The notes under the pieces: generated by a model
Told to the model about the DNA's origin: nothing
The model's database searches: none
The model's input: the letters and a program-made list of their open reading frames with translations, nothing else
Program-made: the position numbers and the translations under genes
Assembly: GCA_036269075.1 (NCBI GenBank)
Contig: DATASX010000078.1
Span: forward strand, 15,130-79,129
Length of the DNA stretch: 64,000 bases
Direction: 5' to 3'
Source of the DNA: Sporichthyaceae bacterium
Lineage (GTDB): Bacteria; Actinomycetota; Actinomycetes; Sporichthyales; Sporichthyaceae
Part shown: piece by piece, positions 43,034 through 51,700 of the stretch
How positions within the stretch are numbered: the stretch's first letter is position 1
How the letters are laid out: each line of letters opens with the position of its first letter

Positions 43034-44662
43034 ATGTCCGTCCACCCTCAGGTCGACGCCGTCGTCGTCGGCGCCGGTTTCGCCGGCCTGCGCGCGATCC
43101 ACGAACTGCGCCGCCTCGGCCTGTCGATGCGCGTGTTCGAGGCCGGCAGCGACGTCGGCGGAACCTGGTACTGGAACCGGTACCCAGGTGCCCGCACGGA
43201 CACCGAGAGCTGGGGCTACTGCTTCTTCTTCGACAAGGAACTAGGCCTGGAGTGGGAGTGGCCGGAGCGCTTCCCGGCCCAGGCCGACGTGCAGAACTAC
43301 CTCGCGCACGCCGCCGACCGATTCGACATGCGCAAGGAGATCACATTCAACGCATGGGTCAACGGGGCGTTCTTCGACGAGGCCACCAACCTCTGGACCG
43401 TGACCACGGCGTCCGGCGAGTCCGTCACCTGCCGCTGGCTGATCACCGGCCTGGGCTGGCTCGGCGTCGCGTACCGTCCCAACCTGCCGGGCCTGGATTC
43501 CTTTGGCGGCGAGTGGTATCAGACCTCGCTGTGGCCGAAGGAGCCCGTCGAGCTCGAGGGCAAGCGCGTCGCGATCATCGGCACCGGCGCCACCGGCATC
43601 CAGGTCATCCAGACGATCGCGCCGGTGGTGGAGCACCTGACGGTCTTTCAGCGCACGCCGAACTACGTGATGCCGGGCCGCAACCACGCGCTCACCGCGG
43701 AGCAGCGGGCCGGGCTCAAGCGCGACTACGACATCATCACGGAGCAGACATTCAGCCACGTCTTCGCGTTCCCGATGGACCCGGCGAACCGGCTCGGCTC
43801 CGAGGTCACCGACGACGGGGATCTACTCCGGATCTTCGAGAAGGGCTGGGAGGACGGCGGCTTCCGCTACATCTTCACCACCGTCGACGACATGCTGGTC
43901 GACCAGCGGGTCAACGACATCGCCGCGGAGTTCGTGCGCAACAAGATCCGGGCGATCGTGAAGGACCCGGTGACAGCCGAGGTGCTGTGCCCGAAGACGC
44001 ACCCGATCGGCGGCAAGCGCCCACCGCTGGGCAACTTCTACTACGAGACCTTCAACCGACCGAACGTCACGTTGGTGGACGTGCGCCCCGACCCGGTCGC
44101 CGAGATCACCCACCGCGGGGTGAAGCTCAGCTCCGGGGCGGAGCACGAGGTCGACGTGATCATCTTCGCCACCGGGTTCGACGCGATGACCGGGCCGCTG
44201 GAGAAGATGAATGTGCACGGCGTCGGGGACCGGACGCTGGCGGAGGAGTGGGCGCAGGGTCCGAACTTGCACCTGGGGATCTCGCAGGCCGGCTTCCCGA
44301 ACATGTTCACCATCCTCGGCCCCCAGGGCCCGTTCGCCAGCCACCCGCCGGTGATCGAGAAGCAGGTCGAGTTCATCGGCAAGGTTCTCGACAAGGCCGT
44401 GGCCGAGGGCGCTGAGCGCGTCGAGTCGACCGTGGAGGCCGGCGCCGCGTGGACCGCGATGTGCGACATGATCCTGCACATGACGCTGGTGCCGAAGGGA
44501 CTGGACGACAGGCCGTGGTTCCTCGGCGCCAACATCCCGGGCAAGAAGCAGACCACGTTGGCCTATCTCGGTGGCATGGCCGGCTACTGTGCCGAGCTCG
44601 ACAAGGAGATCGGCGGCGACTTCCCCGCCTACGAGATGAGCAAGACGCCCGTACCGGCCTGA
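43034..44662 (+). CDS. type I Baeyer-Villiger (flavin-containing) monooxygenase
   Basis: 542 aa. VVVGAGFAGL, GGTWYWNRYPGARTD, fingerprint region FGGEWYQTSLWP, second Rossmann motif IIGTGATG. Confidence 0.9.
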   Translation: MSVHPQVDAVVVGAGFAGLRAIHELRRLGLSMRVFEAGSDVGGTWYWNRYPGARTDTESWGYCFFFDKELGLEWEWPERFPAQADVQNYLAHAADRFDMRKEITFNAWVNGAFFDEATNLWTVTTASGESVTCRWLITGLGWLGVAYRPNLPGLDSFGGEWYQTSLWPKEPVELEGKRVAIIGTGATGIQVIQTIAPVVEHLTVFQRTPNYVMPGRNHALTAEQRAGLKRDYDIITEQTFSHVFAFPMDPANRLGSEVTDDGDLLRIFEKGWEDGGFRYIFTTVDDMLVDQRVNDIAAEFVRNKIRAIVKDPVTAEVLCPKTHPIGGKRPPLGNFYYETFNRPNVTLVDVRPDPVAEITHRGVKLSSGAEHEVDVIIFATGFDAMTGPLEKMNVHGVGDRTLAEEWAQGPNLHLGISQAGFPNMFTILGPQGPFASHPPVIEKQVEFIGKVLDKAVAEGAERVESTVEAGAAWTAMCDMILHMTLVPKGLDDRPWFLGANIPGKKQTTLAYLGGMAGYCAELDKEIGGDFPAYEMSKTPVPA

Positions 44663-44694
44663 CCGGCGATCACCGACCCCGGACCGGCGGCCGG

Positions 44695-46434
44695 TCAGTT
44701 CTGGACGGGCATGTCGATCGTGGAGCCGTTCTTGCCGGCGTAGACCGCCATGGTGCTGTTCGGCTGCCAGGTGGGCTGGATCATCTGCAGATCGCCGCCG
44801 CTGACCGTGACGCGCAGGAGGTGGCCGGCCCGGATGTTCCAGTCCGTCGGCCAGAGCGGGACGGTGAAGTCGTAGAGCTGATTGGGGGTCAGTTGTGCCG
44901 GGTTCTCGTGGCTCAGCCGGTGGCTCGCGCGCAGCCAACCCGTGGTGATCACGTAGGAGGTACCGTCCGGGGCGACGTCCTCCATCCGCACCACGATGTT
45001 GCCGTCCGGGGCGGAGAGCGTGGCGCGGATGTGCGCGATCGGAGTGCCGACGATGACGGTGTCGGTCTTCATCGGGGTGTCCTCGAACTTGGCGCGCTGG
45101 GCGTCGAGGAGGTGCTGGTTGTTCATTGGCTCATCGGCGGAGTTGTAGGTGCCGTGTTCGGCGCAGAAGCAGCCGTTGTCGTACGGGTTCACGTTGTGCA
45201 GGATCACCACCGTCGTGTCCGCGCCCCAGCCGCCCAGCAGTGGTACCCGCGTGGTGCGGGTCGGCCAGTCGGGAAGCTCCGTCCATCGTCCGGTGAAGTG
45301 CGGCATCAGCCAACTGGTGATCCGGGCGCCCGGCCGCGGGACGTCGGCCCGGTTCATCAGGTACCGGTCGAACCAGCTGAGCATGGCGTGGGCGACGATC
45401 GGCCAGTCCGTGTCGCCGGGCAGGAAGTTCAGGTGCGCGCCGGGCAGCATCAGCAGGTGGCTGTGTGCCTTGGCGGCCAGGTAGTTGCGCACCATGCCGT
45501 CCGGGAACAGGTCGGCCCAGCCACCGATGCCCAGGATCGGGACCGTGCTGCTGCCGACCGCATTGCCGTCGACGTTCCAGGTCTTCCAGTAGGCGTCCTC
45601 GGTGGGATGCGCCCGCCACTGGTCGTTCATGGCCAGGTAGTCGGGGAGGGACGTGGCCATGGCCCCGGGTTGGTCGGCCTGAGCGGTGACGCCGGTGACC
45701 GTCGGCCACCACCGCAGCACCGTGCCTGGGGCACCGCCGGGATAGACCATCTCCCGATAGGGGTTGGCATAGGCGACGATCGGCACCGCGGCGGCCAGGT
45801 GCGGCGGATGCATCGCGACGGCCTTGTAGGTGGAGATGCCGCCGTAGGAGATGCCGACCTGGCCGATCTTCCCGGTGCTCCACGGCTGCGCGGCGGCCCA
45901 TTCGATGAGGTCGTAGTTGTCCTTGGACTCCTGCTCCGCGAACGGCCGCCAGGCGCCGGGCGTGCCGCCGGACCCGCGCGGTGAGCAGGTCAGCGTTATG
46001 TAGCCGCGTTCTGCCAACGGTTCGGGCAGGCCGGTGGTGGCGTACTGGAGCATCCGGTAGGCGAAGAAGTCGGTGACCACCACGGGGTGCTTGCCGGCCA
46101 GTGGCTGCCCGTTCTCGCCGGCCGGGCCGAGCTTGGAGCAGCGCATGGCCACCCCGTCGCGCATCGGCACCCGGATCTCCTCGGAGAGGGTCCGGTAGGG
46201 GGCGGGGCGGTCGTAGGTCAGCCACGTCGGCACCGAGCCCTGCTCGAGCAGGGACGGTGACTTCCCCCCGGCGCCGGCGGTGCCGGGCGTGGCCAGCACG
46301 GTGGCGGTGAGCGCGAGCGCCGCTGCGGCGCTGCCCCATCGTGGAATTACGGCCACCTGAGCCTCCGGACCGGACGACTCGACCGCCCTGTCCTGCGAGG
46401 GTAAACCGGCGGCGATCGGTTCGGCAGACCCCAA
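44695..46434 (-). CDS. secreted CocE/NonD-family (X-Pro dipeptidyl-peptidase S15-like) hydrolase
   Basis: About 579 aa. Signal-like AAAALALTATVLATPGTAGA. Nucleophile GISYGG. C-terminal beta-sandwich-like domain. The exact start is uncertain. Confidence 0.75.
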   Translation of the reverse strand: MGSAEPIAAGLPSQDRAVESSGPEAQVAVIPRWGSAAAALALTATVLATPGTAGAGGKSPSLLEQGSVPTWLTYDRPAPYRTLSEEIRVPMRDGVAMRCSKLGPAGENGQPLAGKHPVVVTDFFAYRMLQYATTGLPEPLAERGYITLTCSPRGSGGTPGAWRPFAEQESKDNYDLIEWAAAQPWSTGKIGQVGISYGGISTYKAVAMHPPHLAAAVPIVAYANPYREMVYPGGAPGTVLRWWPTVTGVTAQADQPGAMATSLPDYLAMNDQWRAHPTEDAYWKTWNVDGNAVGSSTVPILGIGGWADLFPDGMVRNYLAAKAHSHLLMLPGAHLNFLPGDTDWPIVAHAMLSWFDRYLMNRADVPRPGARITSWLMPHFTGRWTELPDWPTRTTRVPLLGGWGADTTVVILHNVNPYDNGCFCAEHGTYNSADEPMNNQHLLDAQRAKFEDTPMKTDTVIVGTPIAHIRATLSAPDGNIVVRMEDVAPDGTSYVITTGWLRASHRLSHENPAQLTPNQLYDFTVPLWPTDWNIRAGHLLRVTVSGGDLQMIQPTWQPNSTMAVYAGKNGSTIDMPVQN

Positions 46435-46614
46435 ACGGCACCCGACCAGCGTGTTTCGCTGCGCCGCCGCACGGACCGGACCGTCCCAGCGCCGTCCCAG
46501 GTAGGCCGGGCGGTGCAGGTCGGGCGGTCATGACCGCCATACCGGCGGAATCCGGGTCAAAGCCGCAAACATTCCGGCAAGACCGCGACCCCTGAGCGGA
46601 CCCCGCCGACCGGA

Positions 46615-46677
46615 GATTTGTCCCGGTCTGTCCGCTTTCGAACGCAGTGATTTGTCCTGGTTCGTCCCTATTTGTCC
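46615..46677. repeat. array of (G/T)ATTTGTCC / GGTyyGTCC direct repeats upstream of hydrolase paralog 1
   Basis: GATTTGTCC 46615-46623, GGTCTGTCC 46625-46633, GATTTGTCC 46649-46657, GGTTCGTCC 46659-46667, TATTTGTCC 46669-46677. Confidence 0.6.
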
Positions 46678-46749
46678 GCAAGGTCTAGTAGGTCAGGAAG
46701 ATCAGCTTTTGCGATCCGGACGCCGTTTACCGACCCCCGGCCCCGCTCT

Positions 46750-46922
46750 ACCTTCCGAATCCGTGAGTTCCTCGCGTCGGCTACGCCGGGAACCACGGAC
46801 GCTGAATTCGACTTGGCGGGCCTACCGGGCGCGTCGTCGGGGTCTGCACTCATATCCGGGCGCAGCGGGGACCCCAAATCACCCTCCGCACAAATCACTT
46901 TTGAACGACGGGAGTACAGCTG
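46750..46922 (+). promoter_or_regulatory. conserved structured 5' leader (riboswitch/attenuator-like; possible ydaO/c-di-AMP class), copy 1
   Basis: Blocks shared with 47901..48077: CCGAATCyGTG, CGTCGTCGGGGTCTGCA, GCAGCGGGGACCCCA, GGGAGTACA. GGGACCCCA (46868-46876) is complementary to TGGGGTCCC at the start codon (46924-46932). Confidence 0.4.
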
Positions 46923-47543
46923 ATGGGGTCCCAGTCCAGACGCGAGAAACGCGTGTTCCGTGACAGGGTGCTGATTGCCGCCCTCGGCCTTGCGCTGTCG
47001 GTCGGCCCGGTCGTCGGGGCGGCCGCGGGGGCCGAAGGTACCGCAGCCCCCGAAACCGTGGTCGGCATGCAGATAGCCGAGATGGCTCAGAGTTCCCAAC
47101 TCGTCGAACAGCAGGTGAGCGAGCGGTCGGCAATGCGGCCGACCCGCGCGCACACTCGACGGGTGCGGCGGGCCGCGGTCCGGCGGGCGAGACGGGCGAT
47201 CGGACGCAGACGGCACTGGCGGCACATGTGTCTGTCGTTCGTGCGAACCCGGTACCACCTGCCTCGGCGCCAGCACTCGGCGTACCGGGCCTGGCGGGCC
47301 GCGCACCACAAACACCGCCACGACCGGCGTCCGCCGGCCGGCGTCCCGGTGTTCTGGTCCGGCGGATCGCACCACCTGGGCCACGTGGCCATCTCCCTCG
47401 GTCACGGGTGGATCATCACCACCGACCTCCCGCGCACCGGCCACGTCACCCGGGTCCGCCTGTCGACCATCCACCGGCGCTGGGGATTGCACTACCTGGG
47501 TTGGACTGAGGACCTGGAGGGCTACCGGATCTACCGCCGGTGA
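46923..47543 (+). CDS. secreted, highly basic NlpC/P60-(papain)-like putative cell-wall hydrolase, paralog 1
   Basis: 206 aa with a signal peptide. Candidate catalytic Cys in WRHMCLSFVR and His in PVFWSGGSHHLGHVAISLGHG. C-terminal WGLHYLGWTEDLEGYRIYRR is identical to paralog 2. Confidence 0.65.
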   Translation: MGSQSRREKRVFRDRVLIAALGLALSVGPVVGAAAGAEGTAAPETVVGMQIAEMAQSSQLVEQQVSERSAMRPTRAHTRRVRRAAVRRARRAIGRRRHWRHMCLSFVRTRYHLPRRQHSAYRAWRAAHHKHRHDRRPPAGVPVFWSGGSHHLGHVAISLGHGWIITTDLPRTGHVTRVRLSTIHRRWGLHYLGWTEDLEGYRIYRR

Positions 47544-47574
47544 CCCGGATACCGCAGCGCCACCGCTCGACGAT

Positions 47575-47617
47575 CAGCCCCCGACCCGCACCGACGAGTC
47601 GGGGGCTGATTTTTTTC
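47575..47617 (+). terminator. rho-independent terminator
   Basis: Stem CAGCCCCCGAC (47575-47585) pairs with GTCGGGGGCTG (47598-47608), followed by ATTTTTTTC. Confidence 0.75.
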
Positions 47618-47747
47618 AGGTGCCCGAGCAGCGCCGGCGTTACACGGCACGCCGGGTCAACCGGGTGAACGGATTGTCGTTTCTGTTCGTTGCTCAGCTC
47701 CGGTGCGAGCCAAGGCCGCAAACATCACGGCAAGGAATCCGGCACGG

Positions 47748-47810
47748 GGTTTGTCCGATTGCCGCCCGATTTGTCCCGATTTGCGGAGTTTCCGGCCGGG
47801 TGGTTCGTCC
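47748..47810. repeat. TTTGTCC-type repeat array upstream of hydrolase paralog 2
   Basis: GGTTTGTCC 47748-47756, GATTTGTCC 47768-47776, GATTTGCGG 47778-47786, GGTTCGTCC 47802-47810. Confidence 0.5.
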
Positions 47811-47900
47811 GGATATGGAACGAAATGTCCGAATTGTAGGGAAGCTCCCAAGATCTGTTATTGCGATCACGCAGCGTTGACCGACCCCAATCCGGTACTT

Positions 47901-48077
47901 ACCGTCCGAATCTGTGTATCTCTCACGTCCGAATCTCGGGCCGGCGGGGAGAGCACGAGCTCTGGATCAGTTCCGACGGGCCCACAGGCCCGTCGTCGGG
48001 GTCTGCAGGCGTCGTACGCGTGCAGCGGGGACCCCATCACCCGCCGGACATCCGGTCTGAACCGAGGGAGTACAACC
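47901..48077 (+). promoter_or_regulatory. conserved structured 5' leader, copy 2
   Basis: Same blocks as copy 1. GGGACCCCAT (48028-48037) is perfectly complementary to ATGGGGTCCC (48078-48087). Upstream GGGGTCTGCA (47998-48007) can instead pair with TGCAG..ACCCC. Confidence 0.4.
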
Positions 48078-48731
48078 ATGGGGTCCCAAGCCCGAGCAGG
48101 GCGGAGCGTGGTCCGCCACAGAGTGCTCACCGCCGCGATAGGCGGGTTGTTGTCGGCCGGCGCGATCGTCGGTGTCGCCGCCCCGGGGGCACAGGCCGCC
48201 ACGGCCGCCGTCCCGGCAACCACGACGCCGCTCGCCCAGGCGCCCACGGCAGAGGTCGCGGCAGCCGCGACGCCGGTTGTGCAGGTGCCCGAACGAGTCG
48301 CGCGTCCGAGTGTGCCGAGCTACCTGCCCACCGTGGCACACACGCGACTGGTCGAGGCGATCGCGTTAGGGAGGGCCAGACGGGCCGTCGGCGCCCGAGG
48401 TGTCTGGCGGCACATGTGCCTGGGCTTCGTCCGGACGCGATTCGGGCTGCCCATTCGTCAGCACTCGGCGATCGGGGCGTGGTCCGTGTCGAGCCACAAG
48501 CACCGCTGGGACGCGCACCCGCCGGCGGGCGTCCCGGTCTTCTGGTCGGGTGGATCGCGCGGGCATGGCCACGTCGCCCTCTCGCTCGGCCACGGGATGA
48601 TCGTCAGCACCGACCTTCCGTACAACGGTCACGTCACCCGGACCACCCTGTCGGCCCCGCGCCGGCACTGGGGGCTGCACTACCTGGGTTGGACCGAGGA
48701 CCTGGAGGGCTACCGGATCTACCGGCGTTGA
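48078..48731 (+). CDS. secreted NlpC/P60-(papain)-like putative cell-wall hydrolase, paralog 2
   Basis: Internal ATG 48078 (MGSQARAGRSVVRHRVLTAAIGGLLSAGAIVGVAAPGAQA). WRHMCLGFVR ... GHGHVALSLGHG. Confidence 0.65.
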   Translation: MGSQARAGRSVVRHRVLTAAIGGLLSAGAIVGVAAPGAQAATAAVPATTTPLAQAPTAEVAAAATPVVQVPERVARPSVPSYLPTVAHTRLVEAIALGRARRAVGARGVWRHMCLGFVRTRFGLPIRQHSAIGAWSVSSHKHRWDAHPPAGVPVFWSGGSRGHGHVALSLGHGMIVSTDLPYNGHVTRTTLSAPRRHWGLHYLGWTEDLEGYRIYRR

Positions 48732-48747
48732 CCTGACGAGCACGGAA

Positions 48748-48786
48748 CAGCCCCTGACCCGGGAACGGGGGGTCAGGGGCTGTTTC
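48748..48786. terminator. hairpin terminator between convergent genes
   Basis: CAGCCCCTGACC (48748-48759) pairs with GGTCAGGGGCTG (48771-48782), followed by TTTCG. It sits between the stops at 48731 (+) and 48790 (-). Confidence 0.6.
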
Positions 48787-48789
48787 GCG

Positions 48790-51700
48790 TCAGTGCTCGG
48801 GCTGCGCCGCGAGGTCCTCGAAGGCCTGCCACATGGCCGCGTAGTTGCCCCCGGCGGCGAGCAACTCGGAATGGGTGCCGAGCTCCACGACCCGGCCGGC
48901 GCGCATCATCGCGATCCGATCGGCGGTCCGCGCGGTCTGGAGTCGGTGGGCGATGATCACGGTGGTCCGCCTGCGGGCGACGCGGTGCATGGCCGCGGTC
49001 ACCAGCGCCTCGGTCGCCAGGTCGAGGTTCGAGGTCGCCTCGTCGAGCAGCAGCACCGCCGGGTCCATCAGTTCGGCCCGGGCCAACGCGATCAGCTGCC
49101 GTTGCCCGGACGACAGGGATCGGCCGTGCCGGCTGACGGCGGAGTGGTAGCCGTCGGGTTGGGCGGCGATGAAGTCGTGGGCACCGGTCGCGCGGGCGGC
49201 GGCTTCGATCTGCGCGTCGGAGGCGTGCGGTCGGCCGTAGGCGATGTTGTCGCGGATCGTGGTGGCGAACAGGAACGCTTCCTGCGGCACGTAACCGAGT
49301 TGGGTGCGAAAGGCGTGCAGGTCCATCGACCGCAGGTCCCCGTCATCGACGGTGATGGTGCCGGTGTCCGGGTCGTAGAACCGCGCCAGCAACTTCATCA
49401 TCGTCGACTTGCCTGCCCCCGTCTCACCGACCAGGGCGAGGGTCTCGCCGGCGACCAGATGCAGGTCGATCCCGCGCAATGCCTCGGGCAGTTTGGTGGC
49501 CTGCTTCGACTCGGGGATCCGGACGTCGGCCGGGCCGCGGCGCTGTTCGTCCCGGGCGGCGGGCGGGGCGGGGTAGGAGAAGCGCACGTCGCTCGCCGCG
49601 ATCTCGCCGGCCAGTCGACCCAGGGCCACCGGGTGCTCCGGGTTCGGGGTGAGGGTCGAAAGGCCCATCAGGCCCGTGATGCGGTTGATCGAGACCCGGC
49701 TCTGCTGCCAGGAGTCGAAGACCTGCGACAGCGCCTGGATCGGGTCGAAGAACATGTCGACGTAGAGGATGAAGGCCATCAGGGCACCGGTCGTCAGCCG
49801 GCCGGAACCGATCAGTTGCACACCGACGCCGAGCACGATCGCGTCCGCGACCGCGGAAAGCAGTTGCACGAACGGGAAGTAGAGCGCGACCAGTCGCTGC
49901 GCGGCCAGCCGCGAGTCCAGGTAGTGCCGGCCGAGGGACTGGAAATGCTCGGTGGTCGCGGCCTCGTGGGCGAAGGCCTGGGCCTCGCGGACCCCGGACA
50001 GGCTCTCCTGGAATTCCGCGTTGATCACGGCGATGCGGTCGCGGGACTGCTCGTAGAGCGCGGTCGCGCGCCGCCGGAACGTCACGGTGGCGACAGCCAA
50101 CGGGACGACGACGGTCAGTGTCCACCCGCCGAGCTCGGGGTTGATGACCAGCAGCGCGACGCCCACGCCGAGGAACGTGACGAACGAGACCAGCGCCGAG
50201 ACCAGACCGTTCTCGATCAGCGACTCGAACTGGTCGACGTCGGTGGTCATCCGGGTCATGATCCGGCCGGTCATTTCGTGCTCGTAGTAGTCCAGCGACA
50301 GCCGTTGCAGTTGCGCCCAGATCCGGATCCGCAGCGCGAGCATGACCCGTTCGGCGGTGCGGCCGGTCACGAACGTCTCCGCGGCCTCGACGACCAGGTC
50401 GGCCAGCGTGATCAGCAGCAGCAGCCCGGAAACCGCGAACAGCACCGTGGTTGACGACCGGGCCACGCCGTGGTCGATGCCGATCTTGACCATGAGGGGA
50501 GTGGCCAACCCGGCCAGCGCGTCGGCCACGATCAGTGCCAGCCCGATCAGCAGCGGTCGGCGGAAGCCCAGCAGCAGCCGGAAGAGGCTGAATCCGTTGC
50601 GGGCCTGCGATTCGGCCGCCACGTCGAGGGCGGGCAGGTCGCGGATCGGCCGCAAGGCCCGCACCCGGGCGAGCAGTTCGGGGCTGGCGGCCAGGGTGCG
50701 TCCGCGCCCGATCGCGGCCCGCGGATCGACGACGCCGTCGGTGTTCTGCCTCCGGGCCCAGGCGGTGGCGGTCACGCCGACCAACCCGTTCCGGTCCGCG
50801 AGCGGCGCGGACTCCTCGTCCTCCAGACCGGACAGCAACGACCGGTAGCGGGCGCTGGTTACGGTCAGTTCCTCGTGGGTTCCGTCCTCGACGACCCGGC
50901 CGTCCTCGACGACGACGATCCGGTCGGCCAGCCCCAGCGTCGACAGACGGTGCGCGATCAGGATCGTGGTGCGGCCGGCCAGTACGGCCCGCAGTTCGTC
51001 GTGGATCACCTGCTCGGTACGGGAATCCACGGCGCTGGTCGCGTCGTCGAGAATGAGCACCGCCGGGTCGGCCAGGATCGCCCGGGCCAGCGCGACGCGT
51101 TGCCGTTGCCCGCCGGACAGTGTCAGGCCGCGCTCGCCGACCCGGGTCGCGTAACCGTCGGGGAGTTCCCGGATGAACTCGTGCGCGGCCGCGGCCCGGG
51201 CGGCGGCCTCAATCTGAGCGGTCGAGGCACCCGGACGGCCGTAGCCGATGTTGGCCTCGACGGTGTCGGAGAACAGGAAGCTGTCCTCGAAGGCGATCGC
51301 CACCCGGCTGCGCAGCCACTGCAACCGCAGCCCGCGCACGTCATGGGAGTCCAGCAGCACCCGACCGGAGTCCGGGTCGTGCAGCCGCGAGACCAACGCC
51401 GCGGCGGTGGATTTCCCACTGCCGCCGCGCCCAACCAGAGCGACCCGTTCCCCGGGCCGGATGTGCAGGTCGAAACCCTGCAGCACCGGCCGATCCGGCC
51501 CGTAGCCGAAATGGACGTCGTCGAAGGTGATCTCACCACGCAGGGTGGGCAACTCCACCGCGTCCGGCGCCTCGCGGACCTTCGGGACCAGGTCGAGCAG
51601 TTGCTGGATCCGCTCCAGGCCGGCGCGGGCGTGCTGCGCGATGGTGAGCACGCTGGCCAACTGCCGGGCCGGGTGGACGAACTGCCCGATGTAGCTGGAG

